DNA of 64,000 bases from NCBI GenBank assembly GCA_965113315.1, contig OZ220365.1; one strand, 5' to 3'. The translations under genes and the position numbers were made by a program. This stretch comes from Podarcis vaucheri (taxonomy: Eukaryota). The notes under the pieces were generated by a model that was not told the DNA's origin, ran no database searches, and was given only the letters and a program-made list of their open reading frames with translations. This document shows, one piece after another, positions 37,414 through 49,801 of this stretch (position 1 is the stretch's first letter; each line of letters opens with the position of its first letter).

Positions 37414-40400
37414 CAATTGATCCTAAGAGCAGTGTCTGGGACATGCCACTTGTGGAACGTAATTAATGCAGTATGGAAAGAAGAAAAGCATTTCAAAATT
37501 GAATGTACCTACATACACACTTTTAAAACCATTGCAAAACCAAACTATATTTAAAATGGCACATATCTATTCACCTATGCATTAATCACTAAGATAAATT
37601 CCAGTACTAAACCTCATTTCCAACCCTTCCTTATCCCTAATTCAATGACCAGGTGGATGGAACAGTGCACCACTGAAACATACACTGCTGGGGAAAACTG
37701 ACCTCTAAGAGAACTAGAGTTCTGGACGGTGGTATATAAGCTGTTAAATATTTTCACAAAGGAATTCTCCAGAGCTGTCACACAGCAAATAATCAACACA
37801 ATTATTAAAGATACTATTCCATAGGTGTACATTTAACAGGGTGAAGCATGCATTCACTGCAAAATATTCCTAAATATTTGGAGGAAAGTGTATTCTATTC
37901 ATCACAGTGATACCTGGTCCCTAAAAATACTGCTATATAATATCCAGAGCAATCAGTTCTGCTAGAATAACAAATACATTAGTACAGTGCCTATTTTAAT
38001 GAGTGATTTCCTGAAAAATAAAATAACAGGAAATTGGAAAGAATGGTTTTGTAGCGCTGACTTTTTCTTTTGCAGATTGTTAAATGGAAAACAGCATAAG
38101 AATATAGATATTCTGCAGCAGAGAAGAAAGACATATTTTAGTTGTCTACTTCCTAACTTCATTGGGAAAAATAATTTATGAATTTTCCTATCTGCTGTGT
38201 TAGAATTAATTTTCTTTGAAGAAAGTATAGTTCTGAAACTGTAGCTTCTCTGAATTAACAAATATGTTAACAGTAATCTTATTTTCACTTAGTAACAGAA
38301 TAACAAATGCAGAGAAAGAATACAGGAAAAGGAATTTTAAGAATAAACCCCAACAAAAATAGGGTTGGAAGGTTTTTTTTGCAAATCTTTTTAGTTTCTG
38401 GGTAATATTTTCTTCATGGTTGCACATTTTTATGTATTTGCCTAAGCTGTGTTTGCCTTCCAATGGACTGTGTATCTGAAATACATGGCTATCCCTCATC
38501 ATTTGCAATGTAACTTGCATGTTCTAGGTTACATATTCTGTTATTATTTTTTATTGTTTACAAGTGTTAGTCTTACATGGCTGCTGTGAGCTTAGCCATA
38601 GTTTGCTTAGTGTTGCATCTGAACCCAGGGCTCATGGTTTATTTTGTTCCAGACAAGCCATGAGCTGTAGCCAAGGTTTGTTCATGACTTGTTGCTCATG
38701 CTTTACCTGGGGAAGATAAACCATGATCTTGCGATTGGACATAACACTAAGCCAAACCATGGCTTTGCTTACAGCAGTGTAGCAGCAGGACAGAAAGAGG
38801 AGCAAAGTAGTTGTGAGCTTCCTTCTGGAAGTCCATGTTTGTTCATTTGTGCTAAGCCATAGTTTGACTTCATGTCATAAGCAAATGAGGCTGGCATGTG
38901 CCATCTGCTGTCTTTGCACCAGGCAGGCAAGTTGCCATGTGGTCTGCACAAATTTCACATATCTATGTCTCCCATGATCAATTGACTCACACGGTACTAG
39001 GAGCCCTTCCTCCACTCTCTACAATATACAAGTGGATATCCGTGTGTGTGTCCCATGGAATAGGTCTCTTTTAATGGATCATTTCCTCCAGCCCTTCCCT
39101 GAGGCCCACATTTTTTGTGATAACCAAGGAGCAATCAACCTGTGAGTGAGATAGGGCTATCATGTCCCTGAAGGCTTTGTTCAGCAACCTCTCAAAGCTT
39201 CTGCAGCGGATAGTCATCATGCCTCTTTGCTTTCTACCTGCATAGCTGTCACTGTTATTTGCTCAGTTTATTTACTTAGGACTGGTAAGATTTCTTCCAG
39301 CCAATACTTTGATTGGATGAAGTGAAATAAGAGGTGGGGGCAGTATATCATGCAGTGGTTACTTATTAAGTGCCCCTTATTTTAAGTAAGGGCTCTTAAT
39401 TTTTTTAATAGGATTCTGGTACAAACTAGAAAAAGATAGGTTTATTTGAGCCAAACTTGAAGCAGGACTTTTTTACCCCGTTCCCCCCCCCCCAAATTGT
39501 GTTTTTTAAAGGTTTTCTTGGGTGAAAAAGTACATACATTGTCTCCATTTTCAGATCATAAAGTTCTTTCTGCAGATAAGTTATATATTAAATGTGAGAT
39601 TTTACTACTGTATACAGTATAAAGTTGGGGGAGAGAAGAGGAGGGGGGAGAGAAGGGGGGCCTTCTATAAATGGTTAAGCCCTTATATGTTTGGTGTGAT
39701 TCCTATGTGTACAGCTTTACGTTAGCAGAGATGGAGTGTGCGGCATATTTATTTCAGGGGAAATGAACAGCACATCACTTGCAATGATTCCAGACCTGCT
39801 CAGCTTGTGATGTGCCCAAGCCAATGCCTCAAATTTTGCTATCCGAGGCATGCAGCCGAAATAGGTTTTTGAGACCCTAATATACAGGGCCTGTGTTTCA
39901 TCCTGGATGTGCAAGTCTGTTCTATGCAGATACCACATTCTTCTAGGAAATCTCCATATACTTCATCAGGTGTGAAGAACACACCTTGTGTTCAGTTGTG
40001 TGCACTGGTAAATAAGTGGACACATGTGCTTGTTACATGTGACATGGCACGTTCAATGTGCTTTTGGTTTTCTTTATGGATGCCATCTCTCTGTGTGTGA
40101 AGCGACTTTGAGAAAGGCACACAACCAGCCTTTTATAAACGGTACTGTTTCTCCCTCATTCTAGAACATTACAGCACAATGAATGCTGTCTCAGAATTCC
40201 ATCCAAACACAGGTACATGCTACGTTTAACATTTTGAACAGGTAGTCCTAGTTAATTGCTCTGTGCCTAGAGGGACTGGTTTGACTGTACAAACAAACCA
40301 AACAGTGGCTTGGAGTAGCAATGTTTTTAGGCGCACTAAAGAAGCAGCATGCAATCCATGAGGCTATGCAGGGCCCATTGTAATGACACCAAGACTGATG

Positions 40401-40802
40401 AAGTGAAACTTTCAGATTGTGTGGTAGAGCTGATTGGGGGCCTCAGTTGTTTTGGGCAGCCCTGCTTATGTAACCAGATGCAAGCATGTTCAAAGTTCCT
40501 ACACCTTGAAAAGTTCCTGTAGAAAAATTGTGTGCGTATGAAGGAGGGCAAATGCATCCACAGACAAGTAGCTCCTTCCATTCCTCTGCCCCCCTCCATT
40601 GCTGGACCGCTGTATTACTTAAAAGAATTACACTGCTTTTTCTTAATTATCACCTATTTCTCTAAGCAATTTTCAGTAGGCTTACTTCTGTCTGTCAGGG
40701 ATAGATAAAACTGGAGTACAGAAGAGAATTTAAAATTTCAGCAGACTCAACAGAACTTCCAAGAAAATATGTGTAGGATGGGAGTGTTCATGTGAGATAT
40801 GC

Positions 40803-41219
40803 CTTTATTTTTCTTTTAGACATTTACAAGTGGGATAAAGCTTTTGAAAATACAAATTAAAGATAAAGCAAAACAAAACAGATGTGAAAGGTAAGTTAAC
40901 ATAACATAACAGGCTGCACCACTGGTCAATATTTACATTGCGATGTGTCTTCCAATTCTGAGCTACAACTGCTTCTGCAGTCAAGAGTAAATGACTCAAC
41001 AATTCTTTATGATTACGATCTAAATTTCTACCCACAAACATATTGAACATCATGAATGCTGGAGATGGATGTATCCATTGACCAGTAATCGCACAAATCT
41101 CTTGGCATACCGACTCCCAAAACACTCGTACCTGGGGACAATCTATCACATATGGAAGTATGTACCAACCATACCACAACCTCTCCAACACATAGGATAA
41201 GCATTAGGGTTTATCTAAT
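40803..41219 (-). mobile_element. L1-type ORF2 C-terminal fragment, interrupted by a Sauria SINE
   Basis: ORF 40805-41191 DCPQVRVFWESV...AQNWK; minus-strand LHNLYSTPR resumes at about 41593-41620 beyond the SINE. Confidence 0.65.
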
Positions 41220-41592
41220 GGGACGCGGGTGGTGCTGTGGTTTAAACCACTGTGCCGCTTGAACATGCCGCTTGGAAGGTTGGTGGTTCGAGGTCCCGTG
41301 GCGGGGTAAGCTCCTGTTGTTCGTCTCAGCTCCTGCCAACCTAGCAGTTCGAAAGCACGTAGAGCAAGTAGATAAATAGGTACCGCTCCAGCGGGAAGGT
41401 AAACGGTGTTTCTGTGCGCTGCTCTGGCTTCACCAGAAGCGGCTTAGTCATGCTGGCCACATGACCCAGAAAAACTGTCTGTGGAAGTGGACAAATGCTG
41501 GCCCCCTCTGCCTGTTAAGCAAGATGAGCGGCGCAACCCCAGAGTCATTCGCGACTGGACTTAACTGTCAGGGGTCCCTTTACCTTTACCTT
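41220..41592 (+). mobile_element. Full-length Sauria SINE
   Basis: GGGACGCGGGTGG head through CCTTTACCTTTACCTT tail. Confidence 0.9.
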
Positions 41593-41931
41593 CCTTGGTG
41601 TCGAGTACAAATTATGCAGTATTTTCACCTACAGCTCCCTAGCAGCAGATGTTGTTTTATATGGTGGCTTTAACCACAAAGTATTCCAGTCATTTATTCT
41701 ATTTGTCTAACTAGCTCTTTCCCCCACAGTATATGTAGCAAATCATTTTACTCCTTATCATATTCAAAGAGCCACCTATAAATGTTAGAAACCAGCCCTC
41801 TTACCACTCCTGAGTAACTCATGATCTCCTTTTCAAATGCTCTAAGTTGATGTGCAGCAGCCTCTAAGAGCGCTGGGGATAAAAGAAAATATTAAAGTTG
41901 AGCCTGCAGTATCCAAGTGCACGTTATAGGT

Positions 41932-42184
41932 CAGGGGCAGGCAACCTAAGGCCCATGGGCCGGATGCGGCCCAATCACCTTCTAAATCCGGCCCGCGGAT
42001 GGTCCGGGAATCAGTGTGTTTTTACATGAGTAGAATGTGTGCTTTTATTTAAAATGCATCTCTGGATTATTTGTGGGGCACAAGAATTCATTCATATATA
42101 TATTTTTCCCCCAAATATAGTCCCCCCCCACAAGTCTGAGAGACAGTGGACTGGCCCAGGGCTGAAAAAGGCTGCTGACCCCTG
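41932..42184. mobile_element. hAT MITE
   Basis: Reverse complement of 33028-33278; TSD TTATAGGT/TTATATGT. Confidence 0.85.
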
Positions 42185-42230
42185 TTATATGTTCTAACTG
42201 GTTTCTCAAATCTCCCATAGTCATTATTCT

Positions 42231-42428
42231 TTCCAGTAGCACCTTAAAGACCAACTAAGTTAGTTCTTGGTATGAGCTTTCGTGTGCATGCACACTTCTT
42301 CAGAAGAAGTGTGCATGCACACGAAAGCTCATACCAAGAACTAACTTAGTTGGTCTTTAAGGTGCTATTGGAAGGAATTTTTTTATTTGTACTATGGCAG
42401 ACCAACACGGCTACCTATCTGTAACTGG
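42231..42428. mobile_element. Penelope-like element remnant: 143-bp palindrome with a minimal hammerhead-ribozyme-like core
   Basis: 71-bp arms 42231-42301 and 42303-42373 (1 mismatch, 1-nt spacer); 12-bp TSD AGTCATTATTCT at 42219-42230 and 42429-42440; minus strand reads CTGAAGA-A-GTGTGCATGCACAC-GAAA-GC-TC-ATAC. Confidence 0.75.
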
Positions 42429-43249
42429 AGTCATTATTCTGTTTGACAATCAGCCTATCCATGATACCCAGGTTCTGCCTTTCACATCGGGTTACATAAT
42501 CAAAAATCAAACTTTTTGATTATTTACCGCGTGTGTGTGTGTGTGTAATTAAATTTGTATACTGCTCTTCTTCTGCAGATCCCAGGGGTATTTCACGAGA
42601 TAAAAATACAAGATAAAAAAACAACAAGTTCGTTAAGTTTCTTGGCGATTTGGACCCCTAAATACTGAAAAATGGTGCACACTTACCTGTAAGGTAGGCA
42701 TGCCCAGAATTGAGATAGAGATAAAGTGCACCCAGCAGCGGCTTCTGCTACTGCAGCTGCGAGACAAGAAGTCCTTCCCCGAGGGAGTTTCCCTTCGGGG
42801 CTGACTTTCGAAGCCATATAGGGCAAGAGAAGGTCCCAAGCTCAACCTGTGGCTTAGCAGCGCGAAACCTTTAGGGGCGCCATTGCAGACGCCGAGAGAA
42901 ATGTTGAGGAGCAGTTCTCAAAAGTGCGGAGTTGTTTTCTGGTGGTGAAAGAAGTTTGGCAACGGAGCCAGGAAAGAGGACAAAGCAGACGTGGCCGACT
43001 GTCTTCCGAAACTCAGCCGGGCCTCCTCTTGTGTCTCTCGCTCCCAACCTTCAGGGACTCCTAACCGACTTTCCTGACTGAAACGGCAGCCTTCCTCCCC
43101 CGCGTCACTCGCTCCCTCAGCCCTACCTCACTTCACCACGTTAATAACGTACTATTACCCTAACGCAAGTATAAATTATTACAATAAATGTCAGGGGCAA
43201 TTCACGGTGTTGGGTCATTATTATAATCAAGGCTAGCGTGGTAAACATA

Positions 43250-44240
43250 AAGGTGCTTTCCTTGAAGGAAGCCGCCACGGCGTTTGAGCGGGGAGAGAGA
43301 AACGCGCACAAAGAAGGAGGGCAAAGCCCATATTCGAAAACCTCAATTCTAGCTCCCCCCCCCCGCACCCCGCCTCCTCCTCCTCCAGACGCGGCTGCTA
43401 ATCTGCTTCCGTGACGTCGCCCCTCATGGCAGCCAATGAGCTTGTGCTAAGGGGGACCTGGTACCGGCGGGAGGGGCGGGAGCTCCTCCTCCTCCTCCTC
43501 TTCTTCTAGATGAGAAGCAGCAGCAGCAGCCCCGGCCGAGCAGCGGATTGCTGGCAGAGGCGTCTGGAGGGGTCGGACGTAGCAGGCCGAGGAGAGGCGA
43601 CGGGGCTGGGTCCGCGGAAGAGCCATGGGGAACACCGTGGCTCGGGAGGATTTCGAGTGGGTTTATACGGACCAGCCGCACGCGGACCGGCGCAAGGAGA
43701 TCCTAAGTAAGTGCGCACTTTCGCCGCCTGCCGCTCCCCTTTTGGTCTCGTCTTCCTTTCTCTCCCCCGTTTCGCTGCGATGCCTTTTTTTGGGCGAAGG
43801 CGCTCGAGTCCTCCTTCTGCCCGCTCCTTGGCTCCCGAGGAGGCCGGGCGTGGCGGGCAGACGCCTCCCGGTCTTGCTCCCGGCCTCCGCCCTTGGCGCC
43901 CCGCACCGACGCCTCTTGTCTTCGGAGGAGGAAGCCCCGGCATTGGCTTTCTCGGCGGAATTCCCCACCCGGCCGACGGCGCTCCCTCCTTTGGGTCTTG
44001 GGTGATGGGGAGAGGAGTTCCCAGGGTTGGAGGGGAGCGAGCTGCCAACATCTGGAGAGACGCAGTGCGTCACATCCGAAGGCCTGGGGCCGGCCACCCG
44101 TTACAAGCACGTTGCTGCTTTCCTTTCCCTTGTCCCCCCGGCACGCCGCTTTTTCTCTTTTCAGTTTCGAAATCTGCCTGCGCATAATATGCGGGGAGGT
44201 GGTTCAAAGCGACCTTGGTTAACTGAGGACTTCGCCATGC
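43250..44240. promoter_or_regulatory. DEGS1 copy A CpG-island promoter with CRE/ATF-like site, CCAAT box and GC box
   Basis: CpG-rich; TGACGTCG at 43412-43419, CCAAT at 43433-43437, GGGGCGGGA at about 43473-43481. Confidence 0.7.
43625..43706 (+). CDS. DEGS1: Sphingolipid delta(4)-desaturase DES1, copy A, coding exon 1
   Basis: GCCATGG Kozak; [27 protein letters not shown]; GTAAGT donor; 82 nt. Confidence 0.96.
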
Positions 44241-44348
44241 CCAGCTGCTGCTTGGTGGCAGCCAAACAGGCTTTTTGAAATGGTTTTCGCAGGGTGCAGT
44301 GCTTTTGCCAACATGAAGTCTGATGGGATCTTTAGATAAAAAGAGGTA

Positions 44349-44566
44349 CAGTGGTACTTCGGGTTACATACGCTTCAGGTTACAGACTCCGCTAACCCAG
44401 AAATAGTACCTCGGGTTAAGAACTTTGCTTCAGGATGGGAACAGAAATCATGTAGCAGCGGCAGCAGGAGGCCCCATTAGCTAAAGTGGTGCTTCAGGTT
44501 AAGAACGGTTTCAGGTTAAGAACGGACCTCCGGAATGAATTAAGTACTTAACCCGAGGTACCACTG
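44349..44566. mobile_element. Tc1/mariner/pogo MITE in DEGS1-A intron 1
   Basis: TIRs and TA TSD; sibling of 24842-25070. Confidence 0.88.
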
Positions 44567-45260
44567 TATATAGATTGGAATAAATGCTGATGATGGTGGT
44601 TTTCAAATTTCCTACTGGCGGAGGACACTCCCCGGCTCCCCATCTTTGATTCTTACTTTTGGAGCTTTCATCTGTTTCCTGTTTCCAGGGAACATTCTAA
44701 GGTGGACTTTGATGTGTAGGACTGGGTAGGCCTACTAGACCTAGATATTGCCATGGCAAATGTGGTAGTAACTTGGAATGTCCAAACATTCTGTGGGTTG
44801 TGAGAGAAGATAAAAGAAAGGGAGAAGTTGTTCTTCATACCCTGCTGTTAGTGCTGCCCTCAGTGATGTGCTCAAAGTGTACCCTGGACAAAATGACTAA
44901 AATATACCCCCACGCTGAAGGGCGTGGAAAGGACAACGTCTGCTTTTACTATATAATAGAATGTGGGTTTAATTCCTCAGTCAGCTAGCTTTTCAGTAGG
45001 CTGTCTCTCTATGAAGGAATGGATGGCTGTAGTCTAGTTTGCAGGCAAAATTTAAAATGATCTGCCAACAGGTTGCAAGAGGGGTCAGTTTACTTTTGCC
45101 ACTGGCATTCTGTAGCTGGATTTAGCCAGGTGAGTGAAGTTGCTCAACCATCTCAGTTTCTTGATGGAGGAAAAGTGTGGGAGACCCTGTCGCTGTATTT
45201 GGAAGCTCAGGTTTTAGGTTGATCGTAGAGGTTTCTTTCACATGCCAAGGTGTTTGATAC

Positions 45261-45815
45261 TGTTACGGAAGGGGGGGGCATGTCTTCTTCACTACAATAT
45301 ATTTGCTCAATTTCTCTAGGACTCCATCACCCCTCCCCTGTCCTCCATAATCTCTCAAGTAATCCTGTCAAAATCACTCTGCCAAACCTTTCCTCTGGGC
45401 AATGCCAGGTGACAGACTATGTGTACATGGACCATTGTCTTCTCAGGATGTGCTTATCTGCGCATATCTCCAGCTCTGCATATTCCCCCTCCCTCCTCCA
45501 TCCGGCTCTCTGCATATTCACCCCCTCCCTCCTCCATATGTTAATCTGTGTAACCCAACCTCTTCTTAATGTATTCATGATGTAACTGGGATGTATTTTG
45601 CACTGTATTCTGGGATATGGAGGGAAATTTCAAAAGTTCATGTCACCCCTTTCTCTGGGTTCAATCTCGCCTTGAACCTGTTGCGCAATAAACTTGGACC
45701 TTCTGCAGTTTGCTCCTGTGTCCGGCTGAGCTCATTTTCTTCCGCAGGGACCCACGGACTTAGTCCGATGAGCTGGGTGGCAGAGTAACCCCGCACCCAG
45801 ATTTTAGCCGTAACA
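45261..45815 (+). mobile_element. Solo LTR (Gypsy/ERV-like) in DEGS1-A intron 1
   Basis: TGTTACGG...CCGTAACA inverted termini, internal AATAAA at about 45687, 4-bp TSD ATAC/GTAC; empty paralogous site in copy B at about 58548-58580. Confidence 0.8.
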
Positions 45816-46904
45816 GTACTCTTGGTTAGCAAACGAGAAGCTAGGAGAGTGGGGTGGCCCTGAGCATTATTAGTTAAACAGCATGCTTCTAGCCCTTTTA
45901 GTTCCTGAGAAGCATCAATAGGAGACAACGATCAAATTATACACTAAAAATGCCATTCACAAGTACACATGTCTCTTTCTATTTCCTTTGTCTCAAAAAA
46001 AAAAATAATCAGACTCCTGGTGTACAAACCTATTATGCAACTGTGTATGCAAATATAAACCAGCTTATTTTAGTAGCAGGGCAGTCCAATTTTTCATACC
46101 AAGTGGGAGTACTTTGACATGGAACCAGTGGGCCGCACACTGCCTTGTCCTGTGCAGGGGTGCCCGCACACCGCCTTCCCAAGGCTGGCTAAGGGAGGCA
46201 CTGGGCTTTGGGAAGGAGTCACAAGGCTCTGGCAGGGTCCTAGAGCACTCCCACCTTTTCCCAAAAGGTTAAAAAGTGCTAACTAGGCTTTGGGAAGGAG
46301 GTGGGACAGGAGGGCTCAAGGACCCTGCAAGAGCCCTTATGTCTCCTTCCCAAAGCCCTGCACCTTGTTTACCTTGTTTTCGGAAAGTGGGGGGGGGGAG
46401 AGTAAAATGTTGATGAGGGCTGCCATAAAAGCCACATCATTTCAGACCACCCAGTTCTACTATGTGAATTTGTCATCTACAGAATCAATATTTTTTTCTT
46501 GTTCAGAATGGAGAGTTTCTGGGTTGCTTGTATCACTGAAGACTTTTTGTTAGACACAGAGGGTAGCTTCAGCTACATTTTACCCACAGTGGACCTATCA
46601 AAATTAATGAGCACAACTAAGCTAGGTCCATCAACTTCAATGGGTCTACTATTCAGGAAACTTAGTTTGAGTGCCACCTAGAGTGTGGAATTTAAGTTGG
46701 TGCTGAGGAGATTGCTCTTGTTAGTGTAAACCTCTTTTTTGCTTGCATGATGAAACAATGATGAAACAATCTCCCTACTCCTCCCCCTGTGTGTGTTGTT
46801 CTGTGGGCTCTCATGAATCCCTCTCCCCAAACAGTTTGGAGGGACGAGAGAAAAGCCTTCCTATGCTAGTGGGAGTTGTTGACCTGACTCCTGCCACAGC
46901 AACT

Positions 46905-47215
46905 GATGTCTTCAATATACTCATAAAGACCACTCCCAATAACTTCATGTAGATACTAAATAGTATTGAGGACAAAATACTGTCCTGTGACACAACTGCT
47001 TGTGGTGGACACACATATAATCTCCTAATGCCATTCTCTGAATCCGGCTCTGTAATGAGTGGAACCAATGTGGAATTGTGCCCCAGCTCATGAAGATGAT
47101 CCCAGAGTACAACATGGTCGATTGTATCAAAAGCCACTGAGAGATCAACAGGGTTGCAATCCCCTTGTCTATCTCCCAAATATGGACCTCTGTCAGGGCA
47201 ACTAAGGCTGATTCC
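46905..47215 (-). mobile_element. Old L2 RT fragment in DEGS1-A intron 1, shared with copy B
   Basis: ORF remnants DLSVAFDTIDH and QDSILSSILFSIYM; paralogous to about 60350-60635. Confidence 0.7.
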
Positions 47216-47443
47216 ATCCCCTAACTTCGCCTGAACCATTATGGCATTGATGCTGTTGTTGTGCCTGTACTTCATTCATGTGGTTTTTACAGTAGACTGC
47301 AGAGTTGTACTAAAGCACCCTGTATATATTCAAACTTTTAACATGTATAGAATCCAATTATAAGACTCAGTTGTGGTATGATCTTCAAAGAGTATTTGTC
47401 TATTGACAGCAGTTATTGAAACTTTCTCTTTTCCTCCCAACAG

Positions 47444-48186
47444 GTAAACACCCAGAAATAAAAACTTTGATGAAACCAGACTACAACTTGATCTGGATAG
47501 CTACACTGATGGTCCTTGCACAGCTAGTTGCCCTTTACCTAGTTAAAGATTTGGAGTGGAAATGGGTTATATTTTGGTCATATGTGTTTGGCAGTTGTCT
47601 TGATCATTCCATGACTCTGGCTATTCATGAGATAGCCCACAACAGTGCCTTTGGCAATTGTAAACCTCTGTGGAATCGATGGTTTGGAATGTTTGCCAAT
47701 CTCGCACTTGGCATCCCATACTCTGTATCCTTCAAGAGATATCACATGGATCACCATCGTTATCTTGGCGGTGAAGGAGTTGATGTGGACATTCCTCTTC
47801 CCATTGAAGGATGGTTTTTCTGTACCCGTCTTCGAAAATTCTTTTGGATTATTCTCCAGCCCCTATTCTATGCTATTCGGCCTCTTTTTATTAATCCCAA
47901 ACCAATCTCTCGACTTGAAATAATGAATTTGTCAATTCAGTTTCTCTTTGATATTATCGTATACTATGTCTTTGGAGTAAAATCACTTGTCTACCTGATA
48001 ACAGCAGCTGTGCTTGGGCTAGGCTTGCACCCTATTTCAGGACACTTTATAGCCGAACATTACATGTTTTTAAAGGGATATGAAACATATTCCTACTATG
48101 GTCCGCTTAATAAACTTACATTCAACGTTGGCTACCATAATGAACACCATGACTTCCCTAATGTTCCTGGGAAAAACCTTCCACTG
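47444..48186 (+). CDS. DEGS1: DEGS1 copy A, coding exon 2 (all three histidine boxes)
   Basis: Pyrimidine tract and CAG acceptor; HEIAH, HMDHH and HNEHH boxes; DES1-type NSAFGNCK after box 1; GTGAGT donor; 743 nt. Confidence 0.97.
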
Positions 48187-48676
48187 GTGAGTACATTATA
48201 GTGTCCATTTACAACTAGTTACTTTCCTGGAGTTAAGCAACTCCATTTTAAACGAATGGATTGCTGGTATTCCACCACAGTGTGGTGATTTGCTGATGTA
48301 GGTTGGCAAATATATTAAGGCTGTAAATGTTGATTAAAGTGGTTTATCTTGATCCAAAGCATATTTTCAGACCAGTATTTAGAACCACAGCAATAGGCTA
48401 AACACAATACCTTATGTCAACTAGAATATCATATTACTTCAGACCAATGATATATATTCAGCTACTAATACATTTATGGAGGTTGTTCAGCTGCAGAAAT
48501 GTGGTCCTTGCTTCTAATGCTTAAAGCTCAGACACAGCTGGATAGACTATTAATGTTGACTCCTTTGTACAGCCTCAAAGCTGACCTTGAAACATAACCT
48601 GTTACTTCTACAAAACGGCCTTAGTGTTTGTTTAACCTCCTCCTCTTCAAAGGAAAGATACTTTTTGTACCTGCTA

Positions 48677-48921
48677 CAGTGGTGCCTCGCAAGAGGAAAT
48701 TATTCCATTCCTTGAGTCTCTTCGTCTTGCGGTTTTTTTGTCTTGCGAAGCACGGCTATTAACGGCTTAGCGGCTTTAAGAAAAAGGAAACAAACTCGCA
48801 AGAATTTGCAAGACGTTTCATCTTGCAAAGCAAGCCCATAGGGAAATTCGTCTTGCGGAACGACTCAAAAAACGGAAAACTCTTTCGTCTTGCGAGGCAT
48901 TCGTCTTGCAAGGTACCACTG
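48677..48921. mobile_element. Tigger-derived MITE in DEGS1-A intron 2
   Basis: CAGTGGTGCCTCGCAAGA...TCTTGCAAGGTACCACTG; TA TSD; internal match to the Tigger end at 9580-9717. Confidence 0.85.
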
Positions 48922-49801
48922 TACCTGACTAGGAAGTTATGCAGTGAATGAATGTTGGCTATTGCATGTATGACCAGTGCACTAAAGCTGCATTCTGTCT
49001 GTGCAGTTTTTTAAAAAGTTTTTTTAAAACCCCTCCTATTTTGGGTATATTAGTCGTTTTCAGTAGTTGTTTGTCTTTGTTGTGCTTTAGGGAATAAAAG
49101 CACTGTCAAGTGATTGGCTCAAGAGTGGAAAACTGCTAGCCCCCTGCATTTGTGAGGTTGCAGTTTCCATTCTTCCTCTGCAGGCATGACCAGCGACTAG
49201 GGATGATGGGAACTGTAGTAACATCTGGAAGGCCACTGGAAGTTGTAGTAACATCTGGAAGGCTCCCAATCCCTGCTTTAGATCTTTTAAAGTTTAAGAG
49301 GAATGTTTATTTTAAATTCATAATATTGTTTTTCTCTAATTTATGTTAATATATCATTTATGTTCCTAAGTGGTGTACATAAAAACAAGCCATAGAAAAT
49401 GGGACAATGAAAGAATACAAGGTATCATAAAATCTAATACTACAGTAAATGTGTAAAGGAACAAGGAAGTCTTAGTTGTGGGCTGGCAGTTCAGCAGGAA
49501 AGACTACCTGTCTAATCTCAGTTGGGATGGAGTTCCACAGCTTTGCACCAATCATGCTGAATTCACTGCTTCCAGTAGTTACTAGTTGTACAACTGAGCT
49601 ACAAGGGACCTCCAACAGGGACTTCTCCAAAGATTGCAGAGGTCAAGCAAGGATATAAGGGATCAGGCAGTGTAGTTCTGTGGGTAGACTCATGTGCTTG
49701 GTATGTTAAAATGAGGTGGGGTTACTGCTTCCAAAACTGGCTATTTAATGTCTAGCTGACAAAACTTTTTTCTAAATAACACTGGGTTTTTTAAATTGCA
49801 G

